DNA from: a bacterium
Lineage (GTDB): Bacteria > UBA8248
NCBI GenBank assembly: GCA_965219955.1
Contig: OZ244799.1
Location: 3,648,001 to 3,712,000 of the forward strand
Length of the DNA: 64,000 nt
Direction: 5' to 3'
Shown: positions 51,096-60,210 of the stretch, piece after piece
Layout of the letters: each line of letters begins with the position of its first letter
How positions within the stretch are numbered: the stretch's first letter is position 1
Made by a program: the position numbers and the translations under genes
The notes under the pieces: generated by a model
Databases searched by the model: none
Told to the model about the DNA's origin: nothing
Seen by the model: only the letters and a program-made list of their open reading frames with translations

Positions 51096-51905
51096 ATGCC
51101 GTACAAGGACCCAGAGGAGGGACGCAGGAAAGAGCGCGAACGCCACCGCCGGCGCGCCGCCGAACGCCGCGCGATGGGCCTGTGTCCGAAGTGCGGGCGC
51201 CGACCGCCCGCACCCGGGCGCAGCATGTGCGAATCCTGCCTCGAGAGGGGGCGGGCCGCCGAGCGCGCCCGCTACGCGAGAGGCAAGGCCGCCGGGGACC
51301 CCTACGGGGGGAAGAACCCCGAGGGCCGCCGCCGGATGGCGCGGGAGAGGAGCAAGAGGCGAAGGCGTGAACGCAAGGCGGCCGGCCTCTGCACGGCCTG
51401 CGGAGAGCGTCCCCCGGTAGAGGGAAGCGCCGTGTGCGAGACCTGCCGGGAGGCGAGGCGCGCTGAAGAGCGAAAGCTCTACGCCGCCAGGAGAGCGAAA
51501 GGGCTGTGCGGCAGGTGCGGGAGGCCGACGTTCGCAGGCGCCGCGCTATGCGGTCCGTGCGCCGCGCTCGAAGAAGGACGCGCTACGAAGAAGAACGCCG
51601 CGAGCCGGGCGCGCTACGCAAAAAGGCGCGCACAGAGGCTCTGCGTGGACTGTGGCCGGCCTGCGGGCCTTGCCGCGCGGTGCGAACCCTGCGCGCGGCG
51701 CTCCTGGCACTCCTCGGGCGAGCACAAGGGCCTGCCCCTCTACCCGCCGCGCTACACCGTGGTCGAACTCGCCACGGGCGAGGAGCACGGCCCCTGGGAC
51801 TCCTGGGAGGAGGTCGCCATGTGCCTCGCCTTCGAGAAGCTCTCCCGCGAGGAGGTGGAGATCATCGAAGACGCGTCGCCTATGGCCAGGTACACCAGCT
51901 GGTAG
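51096..51905 (+). CDS. Basic protein with four tandem C4 zinc-finger-like modules
   Basis: CxxC-x9-11-CxxC four times with Arg-rich helical linkers. Confidence 0.8.
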   Translation: MPYKDPEEGRRKERERHRRRAAERRAMGLCPKCGRRPPAPGRSMCESCLERGRAAERARYARGKAAGDPYGGKNPEGRRRMARERSKRRRRERKAAGLCTACGERPPVEGSAVCETCREARRAEERKLYAARRAKGLCGRCGRPTFAGAALCGPCAALEEGRATKKNAASRARYAKRRAQRLCVDCGRPAGLAARCEPCARRSWHSSGEHKGLPLYPPRYTVVELATGEEHGPWDSWEEVAMCLAFEKLSREEVEIIEDASPMARYTSW

Positions 51906-52497
51906 GTGCTTGCACCGGCTCGCCGCCTGCACGTGCTGCCGTTCGCCTGCCGGTAGTACGTACTGCCGTCAGCTCGCCGGCGGGGGGCAGACACGATCGG
52001 GGAGAGGGGTGACGCCGCCCTGCTGTGCCGCCGTCCCGAAGCCGTCCGGGTTCCTACCCGCCGGGGGCGGGGGAAGGTCACCCCGCCGCGCCGCCGACCG
52101 GACCCGGGCGCGCCGCACAGGACGGCGGGCAGGGAGCCCGGCCGCGAGGCCGGATACGACCACACGGGGCAACCGCAACCCGGCAGATCTGTCCCGCCAC
52201 GGTCGCCGACAACCCCGCATCGGTAATCCCGCCGCTCGATACGTCTCCGTTCACCCACCCCTCGTCTCATCCGAACCCCGGACCAGGGGCGCGCTTGCCT
52301 GGTTCCCGCTCCCGTCCGCCTTCGGGGCTACCCGGTCGGGACGGAGGCCGCTCACGGCCCACGAAAGTTCCGACGCCGGTTACGACCCTCCTCCCAAGAG
52401 GAAGAGCGAAGCGGGGAGCCGGGCAAAGGCCCGGCAGGGGAGAGGGAGACGGTCTCCAGCTCCCGCCGCCGGAAACAACCCGAGAGGAGGCTTGGCC

Positions 52498-52629
52498 ATG
52501 TACGAGAACGACTTCGACGTCGACGTTCCCACCACGGACGAACTGCTCGCTGAACTCGGACTCGACGCGTACACGATCCGCAAGATTCGCGACGAGGCGG
52601 GGGGCGAGGAGGAGTTTTGTAGCGTGTAG
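52498..52629 (+). CDS. Small acidic protein (43 aa)
   Basis: RBS GAGAGGAGG; 13 D/E versus 3 K/R. Confidence 0.6.
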   Translation: MYENDFDVDVPTTDELLAELGLDAYTIRKIRDEAGGEEEFCSV

Positions 52630-52707
52630 GGCGAACCGGGGAGGTGGAGAGAAAGGCTCTCTCCCTCCCAGCACTTTTTCACACTCACACCACGAAGGAG
52701 AATCATC

Positions 52708-53148
52708 ATGGCATTCGGACTCAACAGAGCGGAACTGATCGGGCGTCTCGGCGCCGACGTCACCATCAACCACCTCACGAGCGGCGGCCGCGTCGCCAAC
52801 CTCTCGATCGCGACCGACGAGGGCTACGTCGACAAGCAGAGCGGCGAGCGGGTGGACAAGACCGAGTGGCACCGGGTCGTGACCTTCCAGCCCGGCCTGG
52901 TGGACATGTTCGAGCGGCACGCGAAGAAGGGCCGCCTGGTCTACGTGGCGGGCAAGCTCCAGACCCGCCGCTGGAAGAAGGACGAGGAGGACTCGGACCG
53001 GTTCTCGACCGAGATCCTCATCGCGCCGGGCGGGCGCGTGCAGTTCCTCGACAAGGCGAACGGGAACGGCAATGGGAACGGAAACGGCGCGCACGCCGAG
53101 ACGGCGGCGGTGGCGGCCGGCGTTGTGGGGGAAGACATTCCGTTTTGA
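52708..53148 (+). CDS. ssb: Single-stranded DNA-binding protein
   Basis: LNRAELIGRLGAD, TEWHRVV, GKLQTR.W, C-terminal EDIPF. Confidence 0.97.
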   Translation: MAFGLNRAELIGRLGADVTINHLTSGGRVANLSIATDEGYVDKQSGERVDKTEWHRVVTFQPGLVDMFERHAKKGRLVYVAGKLQTRRWKKDEEDSDRFSTEILIAPGGRVQFLDKANGNGNGNGNGAHAETAAVAAGVVGEDIPF

Positions 53149-53155
53149 GCGCTTC

Positions 53156-53189
53156 ATGGGCCGGCGCTGCGGCGTCGGCCCATTTTTTC
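53156..53189 (+). terminator. Intrinsic terminator after ssb
   Basis: ATGGGCCGGCGC-TGCG-GCGTCGGCCCAT followed by a T run. Confidence 0.75.
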
Positions 53190-53486
53190 TGCTCCTTATC
53201 CAGAGGAAGTCCGCCCCCCCCGGCTCTCCCGTCTACCGGGAACACCCGGTAAATCCTCCGGTTCCGTGAACGATGAACCGTGTTCCCGGAAGATCGGCAT
53301 GCACCTGTAATCACTCCATACTCAAGATAGTGGCTCGATCTACCCCCCGCTGCGGGAATTTCGGGCCGGAAAAACGGCCCGAAATGACCCTTTCCGCAGC
53401 ATGAGAGAATGTTTCCCGATGAGCTTCGCCTTCATCGTGAAACACCAAAGGCTCTTGTGTCCCGGTGGCGGTACTACCCTCTCTCT

Positions 53487-53676
53487 CTTAGCGCTCCCAT
53501 TTTAGCACGCACGGCGCGGGGTCAAGGGTGCTTTTGCAAAATACGCAAAAGCATCTTTTTTCAGAAAAAATCGGTGAAGCGTGGATTTTTTCCGCTGCGC
53601 GCCCTCCGGGTGAAAAAAGACTGAAAACCGCCCCTGACGCCCGCACCTAGCACGTGCTGAAAATGGGGGCGCTAAG
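53487..53676 (-). promoter_or_regulatory. Frpo-like single-stranded DNA promoter hairpin
   Basis: 190-nt nested stem-loop; minus-strand arm reads TTGACC..TGC-TAAAAT; immediately upstream of the DUF4326 gene. Confidence 0.6.
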
Positions 53677-53712
53677 AAGCGCATCCGTTAACTCTCTACG
53701 AAGGAGAAAGGC

Positions 53713-54084
53713 ATGGAAACCACCGTGGTGAACCTGAACGACTATGTGGCGGATATGGGCAGCGGCTTGCTGGTCAGGATCGACCGCAGGACGAAGTGGG
53801 GAAACCCCTTCCGCATCGGACAGGACGGCGAGCGCGCCGAGGTGATCGAGAAATACCGGCGATGGCTGTGGGAAAGAATCCGGCGCGAGGAGCAGGACCT
53901 CCACGAACTCGCCGACCTGTACGGCTGCGAACTCGGCTGCCACTGCCATCCCCTCCCGTGCCACGGCGACGTCCTCGCGCGCGCCGCCGAGTGGGCCGCC
54001 TGGTATCTCGACGAGATGCCCAAAGAAGTGGGGTGCAACGAGCGTGGCTACGCTCTTCCCGAATTCAACCATCCCCTCGCTTGA
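53713..54084 (+). CDS. DUF4326 domain protein
   Basis: IDRRTKWGNPF, EVIEKYRRWL, LGCHCHPLPCHGDVL. Confidence 0.88.
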   Translation: METTVVNLNDYVADMGSGLLVRIDRRTKWGNPFRIGQDGERAEVIEKYRRWLWERIRREEQDLHELADLYGCELGCHCHPLPCHGDVLARAAEWAAWYLDEMPKEVGCNERGYALPEFNHPLA

Positions 54085-54105
54085 GGACAACGAAAGGAGT
54101 GAACG

Positions 54106-55065
54106 ATGACTGCCACCGCGACTCACGACCACAAGGAGAGCATCATGCACGAGGTTGACAACATCGAAGCGCAGAACGAATCCTTCACCGCCATGGTCTG
54201 CGAACAGGCCGCGCTGTTCGGCGCGACCCCGGGCCCGGACGAATTCGACAACCGGCCCGTGTGGGGCGAGGCGGAGTCCACCGCCGGCGTCCTCAAGGCA
54301 TTCCACCTGCTCGCCGAAGCAGCACCCGACGGCACGCAGTTGGCCGACGAGCGAAGAAACCTCCTGTGGGGCTTCGTCAACACCCTCGACGCCCAGACAC
54401 AACGGCTCGACCGCGCCGCCGACAAGCTCATCCCCGGCATCCGTGAACTCCAGCGCGAGCAGGACGGCTCCGAGATCCGCTCCCGCGAACTCGAACTCGC
54501 GACCGACCGGGCGCAAAATCTCTCCGCCCGCCGCGACGCGTTCGAGGTGCTGCGCGACACGGCCGCCGAGGCCTACCGCGTCGAGACCGGCGAGGTCTGG
54601 CGGCCGAGGCGAGGCTCCCACGTCTCGCAGACCGGCAAGCTGACCTCTGCGGTGATCGAGGCGCGCGACTTCCAGCGCGCGAAAAAGGACCGCGAGAACA
54701 CAGCCCACCTCCCCCAGGGAACGCTCGTCGCCGTCGCGGGCGGCAAGGAAGCCACCGACTCAGGTCTTATCATCGGCCAGCTCGACAAGCTGAAAGCCAA
54801 GTACGCCGACGTCGTCCTCGTCCACGGCGGCGGTCCCGGTGCGGAGAAGGTCGCGGCAGGATGGGCCGAGCGGAACGGCGTCCACCAGATCGTCTGCAAG
54901 CCCGACTGGGACGCCCACGGTCGGGCCGCTCCCTTCAGGCGCAACGACGAGCTGCTCTCCCTCCTCCCCAAGGGCGTGATCGCGTTCCCGGGTTCGGGCA
55001 TCACCGACAACCTCGTCGACAAGGCCCGAAGCCTCGGCATCCCCGTGCAACGCGTGGCCGCCTGA
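54106..55065 (+). CDS. DUF2493 (YspA/SLOG family) protein
   Basis: VAVAGG, LVHGG.PGAE..AAGWA, PDW..HGRAAPFRRN, IAFPGSG. Confidence 0.88.
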   Translation: MTATATHDHKESIMHEVDNIEAQNESFTAMVCEQAALFGATPGPDEFDNRPVWGEAESTAGVLKAFHLLAEAAPDGTQLADERRNLLWGFVNTLDAQTQRLDRAADKLIPGIRELQREQDGSEIRSRELELATDRAQNLSARRDAFEVLRDTAAEAYRVETGEVWRPRRGSHVSQTGKLTSAVIEARDFQRAKKDRENTAHLPQGTLVAVAGGKEATDSGLIIGQLDKLKAKYADVVLVHGGGPGAEKVAAGWAERNGVHQIVCKPDWDAHGRAAPFRRNDELLSLLPKGVIAFPGSGITDNLVDKARSLGIPVQRVAA

Positions 55066-55390
55066 TGTGAACACTCCTCGGGTCGCGTCGTCGTCACCCG
55101 GCGGCGGCGCGGCCCTTCTTCTCGCCTTCGTCCACTCCTCCCCGCATCGCTCCACTCGACTCCACCCGCTCAGTCGCCGCGGCGGCTCCCGCTCGCCATT
55201 CTCTCCGGCGCCGGTTCCCTCATCTCTCGTTCTCACGAATTCGGCAATCTGACGCCATTCGGCGGCTCGGGTTGTACACCGGACGCATCGCTGATGCTGG
55301 AGTCGCGTGGGCTGCGAATGACTGCGATCTCCAGCGCCTGGCTTTTACGGTTCATCCTCCCGCGCGCTTCTGTCGTGCCGAAACAAGTAA

Positions 55391-55543
55391 TACCAATCTG
55401 GTGTCACGATATCTCTTTGAAATTCCTTCACTTAAAAATGGTGTATGCTCATTGTAATACGATGTAATACGGGGGTTTTCTGCAAGATACCAGATTGGTA
55501 GTACACGGAGGCGCGCTGCGCTATGATGGCTACCATTTTGGTA
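55391..55543. promoter_or_regulatory. Three TACCA-N3-TGGT(A/G) palindromes plus tandem TGTAATACG; candidate oriT/RHH operator
   Basis: Copies at 55391, 55488 and 55531. Confidence 0.5.
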
Positions 55544-55675
55544 GTTCATGAAACGGCGTCGCGGGTATCATTTTTGCGCCCGAGGTGGGTGTGTTTGTTA
55601 CAAGAAATGAGAATTATTGCGGTCGTTTTGTGATCAAAACGAATGAAGATTTTCTCGAGAGGAGAGACGAAACGG

Positions 55676-56020
55676 ATGGTTCAAACGATACAGAAGAACA
55701 TCAGAGTCACGCCCGAACAGTGGAAACGAATCGAAAATGAGGCCGAAAAACGCGAAATGTCGCCCAACCGACTGGTGGTAGAGCTCGTCATGGAAGCCCT
55801 GGAGCGCCGCGAATGGCCCCGCACGGAGGCGGAAATCCACCTGCTTCGCTCAGCCATGTTCACCGCACAGGCCATCATTCGCGACATGGAGAGAGACGGG
55901 CGGGAGTCAGAGATCGATCAAATCAGCAGGAATATCTCCGAAGTCGCGCCTGAATTGCCGGGTAAATCGGTGGAGGATCCGCAAGATAGGATGGATTCGG
56001 GGAGGCCAATGCCTGAATGA
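55676..56020 (+). CDS. Ribbon-helix-helix DNA-binding protein
   Basis: IQKNIRVTPEQWKRIENEA...SPNRLVVELVMEAL; RBS GAGGAG. Confidence 0.7.
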   Translation: MVQTIQKNIRVTPEQWKRIENEAEKREMSPNRLVVELVMEALERREWPRTEAEIHLLRSAMFTAQAIIRDMERDGRESEIDQISRNISEVAPELPGKSVEDPQDRMDSGRPMPE

Positions 56021-56681
56021 AGCCATCAGTATTGGCGAGTTCAAGGACCATCGACAAGAGATTCGTGAAAACAATCCCATAAGATCATAACAAAGCTCGA
56101 AAAGGAAGGGAGAACAAAGCAGTTTATGTCATGGCCTTTAGTGCCGGAAAGCGGTAGACGTTAAAAATAGATCTATTTTGGATGACTTATACCATCCCGG
56201 TTTTACGAGAGCCCCGACCCCAAAAGCCGGAGTTTTCGCAATAAATCAACATGGACTGAAAGCAGGTTCGTGTTAAATTAGGGGTGTTCTTGACGTAAGC
56301 TCTATAGTGATACATAATCCAAAGTTCGGAAGTGCAAACCTAGCCCAGTTGACGCTTTCAACAAACGTGGTACAGAAAAGCGCCTGAAAAATCACCATAT
56401 CCGCTCAAATTTCCATTAAATTAGCAAAGCGCAAACAAACCGAACACTCGTAGCACGAGTTCGTTATATCCACTCCATTAGCTCTCAAGACTACGTATCC
56501 CAAGCAGAAAGGAGGTGGCTCATAGTTTATAAAACACGCAAGATCCAAACTACCAAGTAGACCGAGACCAAAACGTGATCTTCAAAACTCACAAGAGAAC
56601 CAAACACATGCCCTGCTAATAGCAGACAACTAATCTCGCGCCACGGTTTTCTGAATTCTACGATTGAGGGGGAAACGGCAA

Positions 56682-57317
56682 ATGGCAAAGCAACGAATGG
56701 GCTTTGACCCTGATAATTCAATCAGGAAAGAAGATAGCGAAGAAAATGAGGTTGGTTTTTTAGATCACCTAGTCGATATGGAAGAGGGACTCGAACGGTT
56801 AACTGAGTCGGCAAGAGCATTTGGGTCAAAAACCGAAGAACTAACGGAAATTACGACAAGCACAGATGGGCGCATCAAAGACTTACAGAAAAGATCAGGA
56901 CGTGGCATCTCTCAACAAATGCGCGTTCTCGTTATGGGCTTCGGCCGGAATTTGAGCAGCTACGCAAAATTCCTTTCAACCGAAAACGAAAAATACGGTT
57001 CCGAGTTAGCTCGGACTCACATATCTTTGGAAGCGGTTCTTAAAACACAAGTTATCAATACCCAAGAGGACCGGGAAGAACTCGAGCGCTTCTTGTTCGA
57101 ACTTAGCGCCACTGAAAGTGCGACAGAAGAAGCCTTGAGCGGCATCAATAGCATGACCGATTCTTTGCGCGATATACCCTCACTCGAGAGAACATTCAAC
57201 CGCGCCCAAAAAGGAGCTGTGAAAGAACTGAATCGCTTCGCCAATAATGTCGAACAAACTAAGTCAATGATTGCGCATATAAAGGAAATAATGCGCGAAA
57301 AACTGAACAAAGACTAA
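56682..57317 (+). CDS. Hypothetical all-helical/coiled-coil protein
   Basis: Lower-GC ORF with heptad-like composition. Confidence 0.7.
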   Translation: MAKQRMGFDPDNSIRKEDSEENEVGFLDHLVDMEEGLERLTESARAFGSKTEELTEITTSTDGRIKDLQKRSGRGISQQMRVLVMGFGRNLSSYAKFLSTENEKYGSELARTHISLEAVLKTQVINTQEDREELERFLFELSATESATEEALSGINSMTDSLRDIPSLERTFNRAQKGAVKELNRFANNVEQTKSMIAHIKEIMREKLNKD

Positions 57318-57325
57318 TAGTACCC

Positions 57326-57655
57326 ATGAAAACCAAAGGAGATATGATGTCTAACATGGCCGTTCAAAAATTCAGGGAATTAGAAGGAAAGCTGGAAGTC
57401 CATGCACAACTTCTGGGGTGGCTTATGTTTCAATGTGACCCCGAAGAGCGGGAGCACTTGATCCTCCTGATGATGGATAGTGCCCCAGACGCTGTGCCCG
57501 AAGATCATCACGCGCGCAAGTACATCGAAGGTTATCATGGAGAAATAAAACGCATCGCTGAATGTATTGAATTCCTCACCAAATCAAAAGAAGAGCACCT
57601 CGAAGAAAGAAAAAAACGTATATTCAGGGTACCTCCATCTAGGGATGAAAACTAA
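57326..57655 (+). CDS. Hypothetical protein
   Basis: RBS AAGGAG before internal ATG; co-oriented with the upstream gene. Confidence 0.6.
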   Translation: MKTKGDMMSNMAVQKFRELEGKLEVHAQLLGWLMFQCDPEEREHLILLMMDSAPDAVPEDHHARKYIEGYHGEIKRIAECIEFLTKSKEEHLEERKKRIFRVPPSRDEN

Positions 57656-57832
57656 CACTAGTCCCCTCTATCCTTGCCCCTAGCAATCATCCCCAGGCTA
57701 CGCTAAGCCATGTATATACTCCCCTTTTCTTACGCTTCTAGTCATCCCTTCAGTCCTTGAACCGTCATCACCGGGCCACCACATGTTTTCCTCACACGAA
57801 TAAGATTCCTTGTTCCCCATTCACATTTTCAT

Positions 57833-58768
57833 CTATGTCGACACGGCCAGGATACGGTTCACTGGTTCGAGGTACTTGCCAAGCGTCAAGGCGTCGTATC
57901 TATTGAAGAACGTTTCGAAGATAAAACGGTGCCGGTCGCCGTTATCATCGGCCAGGATGAGTTCATCTTCTCCCAGGGGGCCGCCTCCTTGCGCGCCGCA
58001 ATAGCCGGCCACAGCCGAGAACAATTTCGCTGCCGAGGTTGTTCCGAATTGTCTCGCAAAGGCCGACGACTGGATAAAGTGCCGACAGGGAGCCGAGGGG
58101 TCAAAATCTTCGGAGCGTTGCGACACATGAGGGTGATCGGTGATCATCCCCACAACCGGAAGTTCGACGCCGGCGGACTCGATGAACCTGTATAGCGTCG
58201 TCGAGAGCGTGTTTCCAAAGACACCTCGCAGCTCTCGGACTGCTTTGAGCGATGGCTCAAAAGAACGGGCCTCTTCAGTGAAACGTTCACCTAAAAACAG
58301 CAGTTTCCCGGCGGCAAAATTGGCTTCCGCCTCGACCTGCTCCTTGCAGTTGCGAGACAGCGTTTGAAGATTGTCTCCGAGCATTACCTCTGCGTGCCAG
58401 GGAATGATGTCATGGCAGATTTCGTGCGTCTCGTTCCATCGGTGCTTAAGTTTGGGCAGAGTCTTATCCAGCATAATCCGCTTCCGATCTGGAAGGTAAA
58501 GCGCCTTGAGCGAGGACTTCCGGATCGCGTCGATGAGCAACATGGGCCGCTTGTACACTTGGATGCCGGCGACGCGGATCCGACTGACCGCCTCATTCAA
58601 GATGCCGGGATCATCGGCAGTGTAGAACGCGAGATCGAGATGCAACAGTTCGCGCACATCCTCCAGCCGGAGCGGGGGATCGGGATGGCCGAGCCCCCGC
58701 AGCACACGCTCGACGCGACTCTCGATGTCCCTGGCCGTCTTGGCGGAAATGATTCGGTTTTTGGCCAA
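57833..58768 (-). CDS. ImmA/IrrE-family zinc metallopeptidase
   Basis: HEICH (HExxH), EAEANFAAGKLLF, C-terminal extension. Confidence 0.88.
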   Translation of the reverse strand: MAKNRIISAKTARDIESRVERVLRGLGHPDPPLRLEDVRELLHLDLAFYTADDPGILNEAVSRIRVAGIQVYKRPMLLIDAIRKSSLKALYLPDRKRIMLDKTLPKLKHRWNETHEICHDIIPWHAEVMLGDNLQTLSRNCKEQVEAEANFAAGKLLFLGERFTEEARSFEPSLKAVRELRGVFGNTLSTTLYRFIESAGVELPVVGMITDHPHVSQRSEDFDPSAPCRHFIQSSAFARQFGTTSAAKLFSAVAGYCGAQGGGPLGEDELILADDNGDRHRFIFETFFNRYDALTLGKYLEPVNRILAVST

Positions 58769-58785
58769 ACCCGCAACTCCCGTCT

Positions 58786-59271
58786 TTATTTCTGTTCGCT
58801 GAGCACGGAGATGAACGCTTCCAGAGCCGCACCCTCTTCGGGCGTCAACTCCGCCGTCGGCTCCGACCGCGCGGCAAAGCGGACAGCCTCATCGAACAAC
58901 CTCGTATCCTTCGGCGCGGTCAGTCCGGCCACCTGCATGAGACCGGACCGCGGCAACTTAAAGTAATTGGCAAGCTGGTAGGTCGTACGCAACTCCGGCT
59001 TGTGATGCGGATTTCTCTCGATTTCGACCAAGTCCGTTATGTCCACATCCGCGTCATCGGCAAGCTTCTCAAGACTGATGCCGCGCTGGCGGCGCATCAG
59101 GCTGACAAAACGACCGAATGCGATGTTCGGGCCATCCTCGTCAGTCACCGTGGCCGGGATGGTTTCGCCCTCGAATATCGGGTCGATTGCCAGCCCACCG
59201 GCTCCGATTTCGGCATCACCCTCGAGTTGCGCCATCCGGATGCACCACTCCTTGCTGATTTTCATATTCAT
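58786..59271 (-). CDS. XRE-family HTH protein
   Basis: FGRFVSLMRRQRGISLEKLADDADV..LVEIE; LANYFKL. Confidence 0.85.
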   Translation of the reverse strand: MNMKISKEWCIRMAQLEGDAEIGAGGLAIDPIFEGETIPATVTDEDGPNIAFGRFVSLMRRQRGISLEKLADDADVDITDLVEIERNPHHKPELRTTYQLANYFKLPRSGLMQVAGLTAPKDTRLFDEAVRFAARSEPTAELTPEEGAALEAFISVLSEQK

Positions 59272-59903
59272 CTTTTTCTCCCCTTGGCGACGAAGGCCTG
59301 CGCCTGCTCGGACGTCATCTCGAAGTAGCGAAGGCCTCCATAGTCGGGATCGGCTCCAAGGTCCGTCATGCCGCAGGTGTTGGCGTAGAAGTCGTTCGCT
59401 TGCGGCAGCGAATGAAGGCCGATCCGTCCGTTAAACTCCAAGTCCTCGCTCAACGCGACGGCAGCCCTAATCAGGATACTGCCGACACCGCGATATCGTG
59501 GAGAATCGAACAGTTCCGCGCGATTCCACGGCGCATTCTCTACAAACGCCACGTAGACGAGATGCTGCCCTTCCTGGCTGTCGATCCGGCATCGCCCCTT
59601 CACCGTATCGACAATCATCATGCCCTGCGTCAGGCCATCGCAGACGATGCTGAAACAGGGATTGGCCAACATCTCCTGTATCGCCGCGACTTTCCTGCGC
59701 CAGTCCCAACGACGGCTTTGCGGCCAATGACGGCGTTCGACGCCCGAGCGCCTGAGGCGCTGAATCGCCTTGAACAACTCCGGCATCCATTCCCCTTCCC
59801 AATCAGCGAGTTGCTGTTCGGTGATCGCGTGCCAAAGCTCCGCAGCCTCCGGCTCGTCACGCTCTACGTTTAGCAGGTGGATCTCGTCCACTCTGACATT
59901 CAT
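59268..59903 (-). CDS. GNAT family acetyltransferase (putative toxin)
   Basis: APWN, acetyl-CoA motif RYRGVG, IGLHSLPQA..FY. Confidence 0.85.
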   Translation of the reverse strand: MNVRVDEIHLLNVERDEPEAAELWHAITEQQLADWEGEWMPELFKAIQRLRRSGVERRHWPQSRRWDWRRKVAAIQEMLANPCFSIVCDGLTQGMMIVDTVKGRCRIDSQEGQHLVYVAFVENAPWNRAELFDSPRYRGVGSILIRAAVALSEDLEFNGRIGLHSLPQANDFYANTCGMTDLGADPDYGGLRYFEMTSEQAQAFVAKGRKR

Positions 59904-60112
59904 AGCATCATGACCTCGGCCTTCTCCTTGGTCTTCTCGTCCTCGAAGAAAAGCTTGTCACCGTTCTCAAGACGCGCCTCTATCACCTGGTATATCCGCA
60001 AGGCCTGACGCAGAAGAGCCGTCTTGCTCAGGTCCTTCTTCGCACTCAGATTCCCCAGGACCTGCATCTCGGCTTCCGTGAGATTGAGAGTCATCGTTTT
60101 CTTTGTGTTCAT
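59900..60112 (-). CDS. RHH/CopG-type regulator (putative antitoxin)
   Basis: KTMTLNLTEAEMQVL..LS..SKTALLRQAL. Confidence 0.85.
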   Translation of the reverse strand: MNTKKTMTLNLTEAEMQVLGNLSAKKDLSKTALLRQALRIYQVIEARLENGDKLFFEDEKTKEKAEVMML

Positions 60113-60156
60113 CTTCTTCCCCCCACTTGTTGTTCGCTCATCTAAGTGTCAACTCT

Positions 60157-60185
60157 AGCATAGGGGATAAATGGCCAAACGTCAA
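60157..60185 (-). promoter_or_regulatory. Sigma70 promoter of the four-gene operon
   Basis: TTGACG-17 nt-TATGCT, flanked by two GTCAACT direct repeats (60148, 60181). Confidence 0.65.
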
Positions 60186-60210
60186 CTTATAAATATATTA
60201 TATATAGCCC

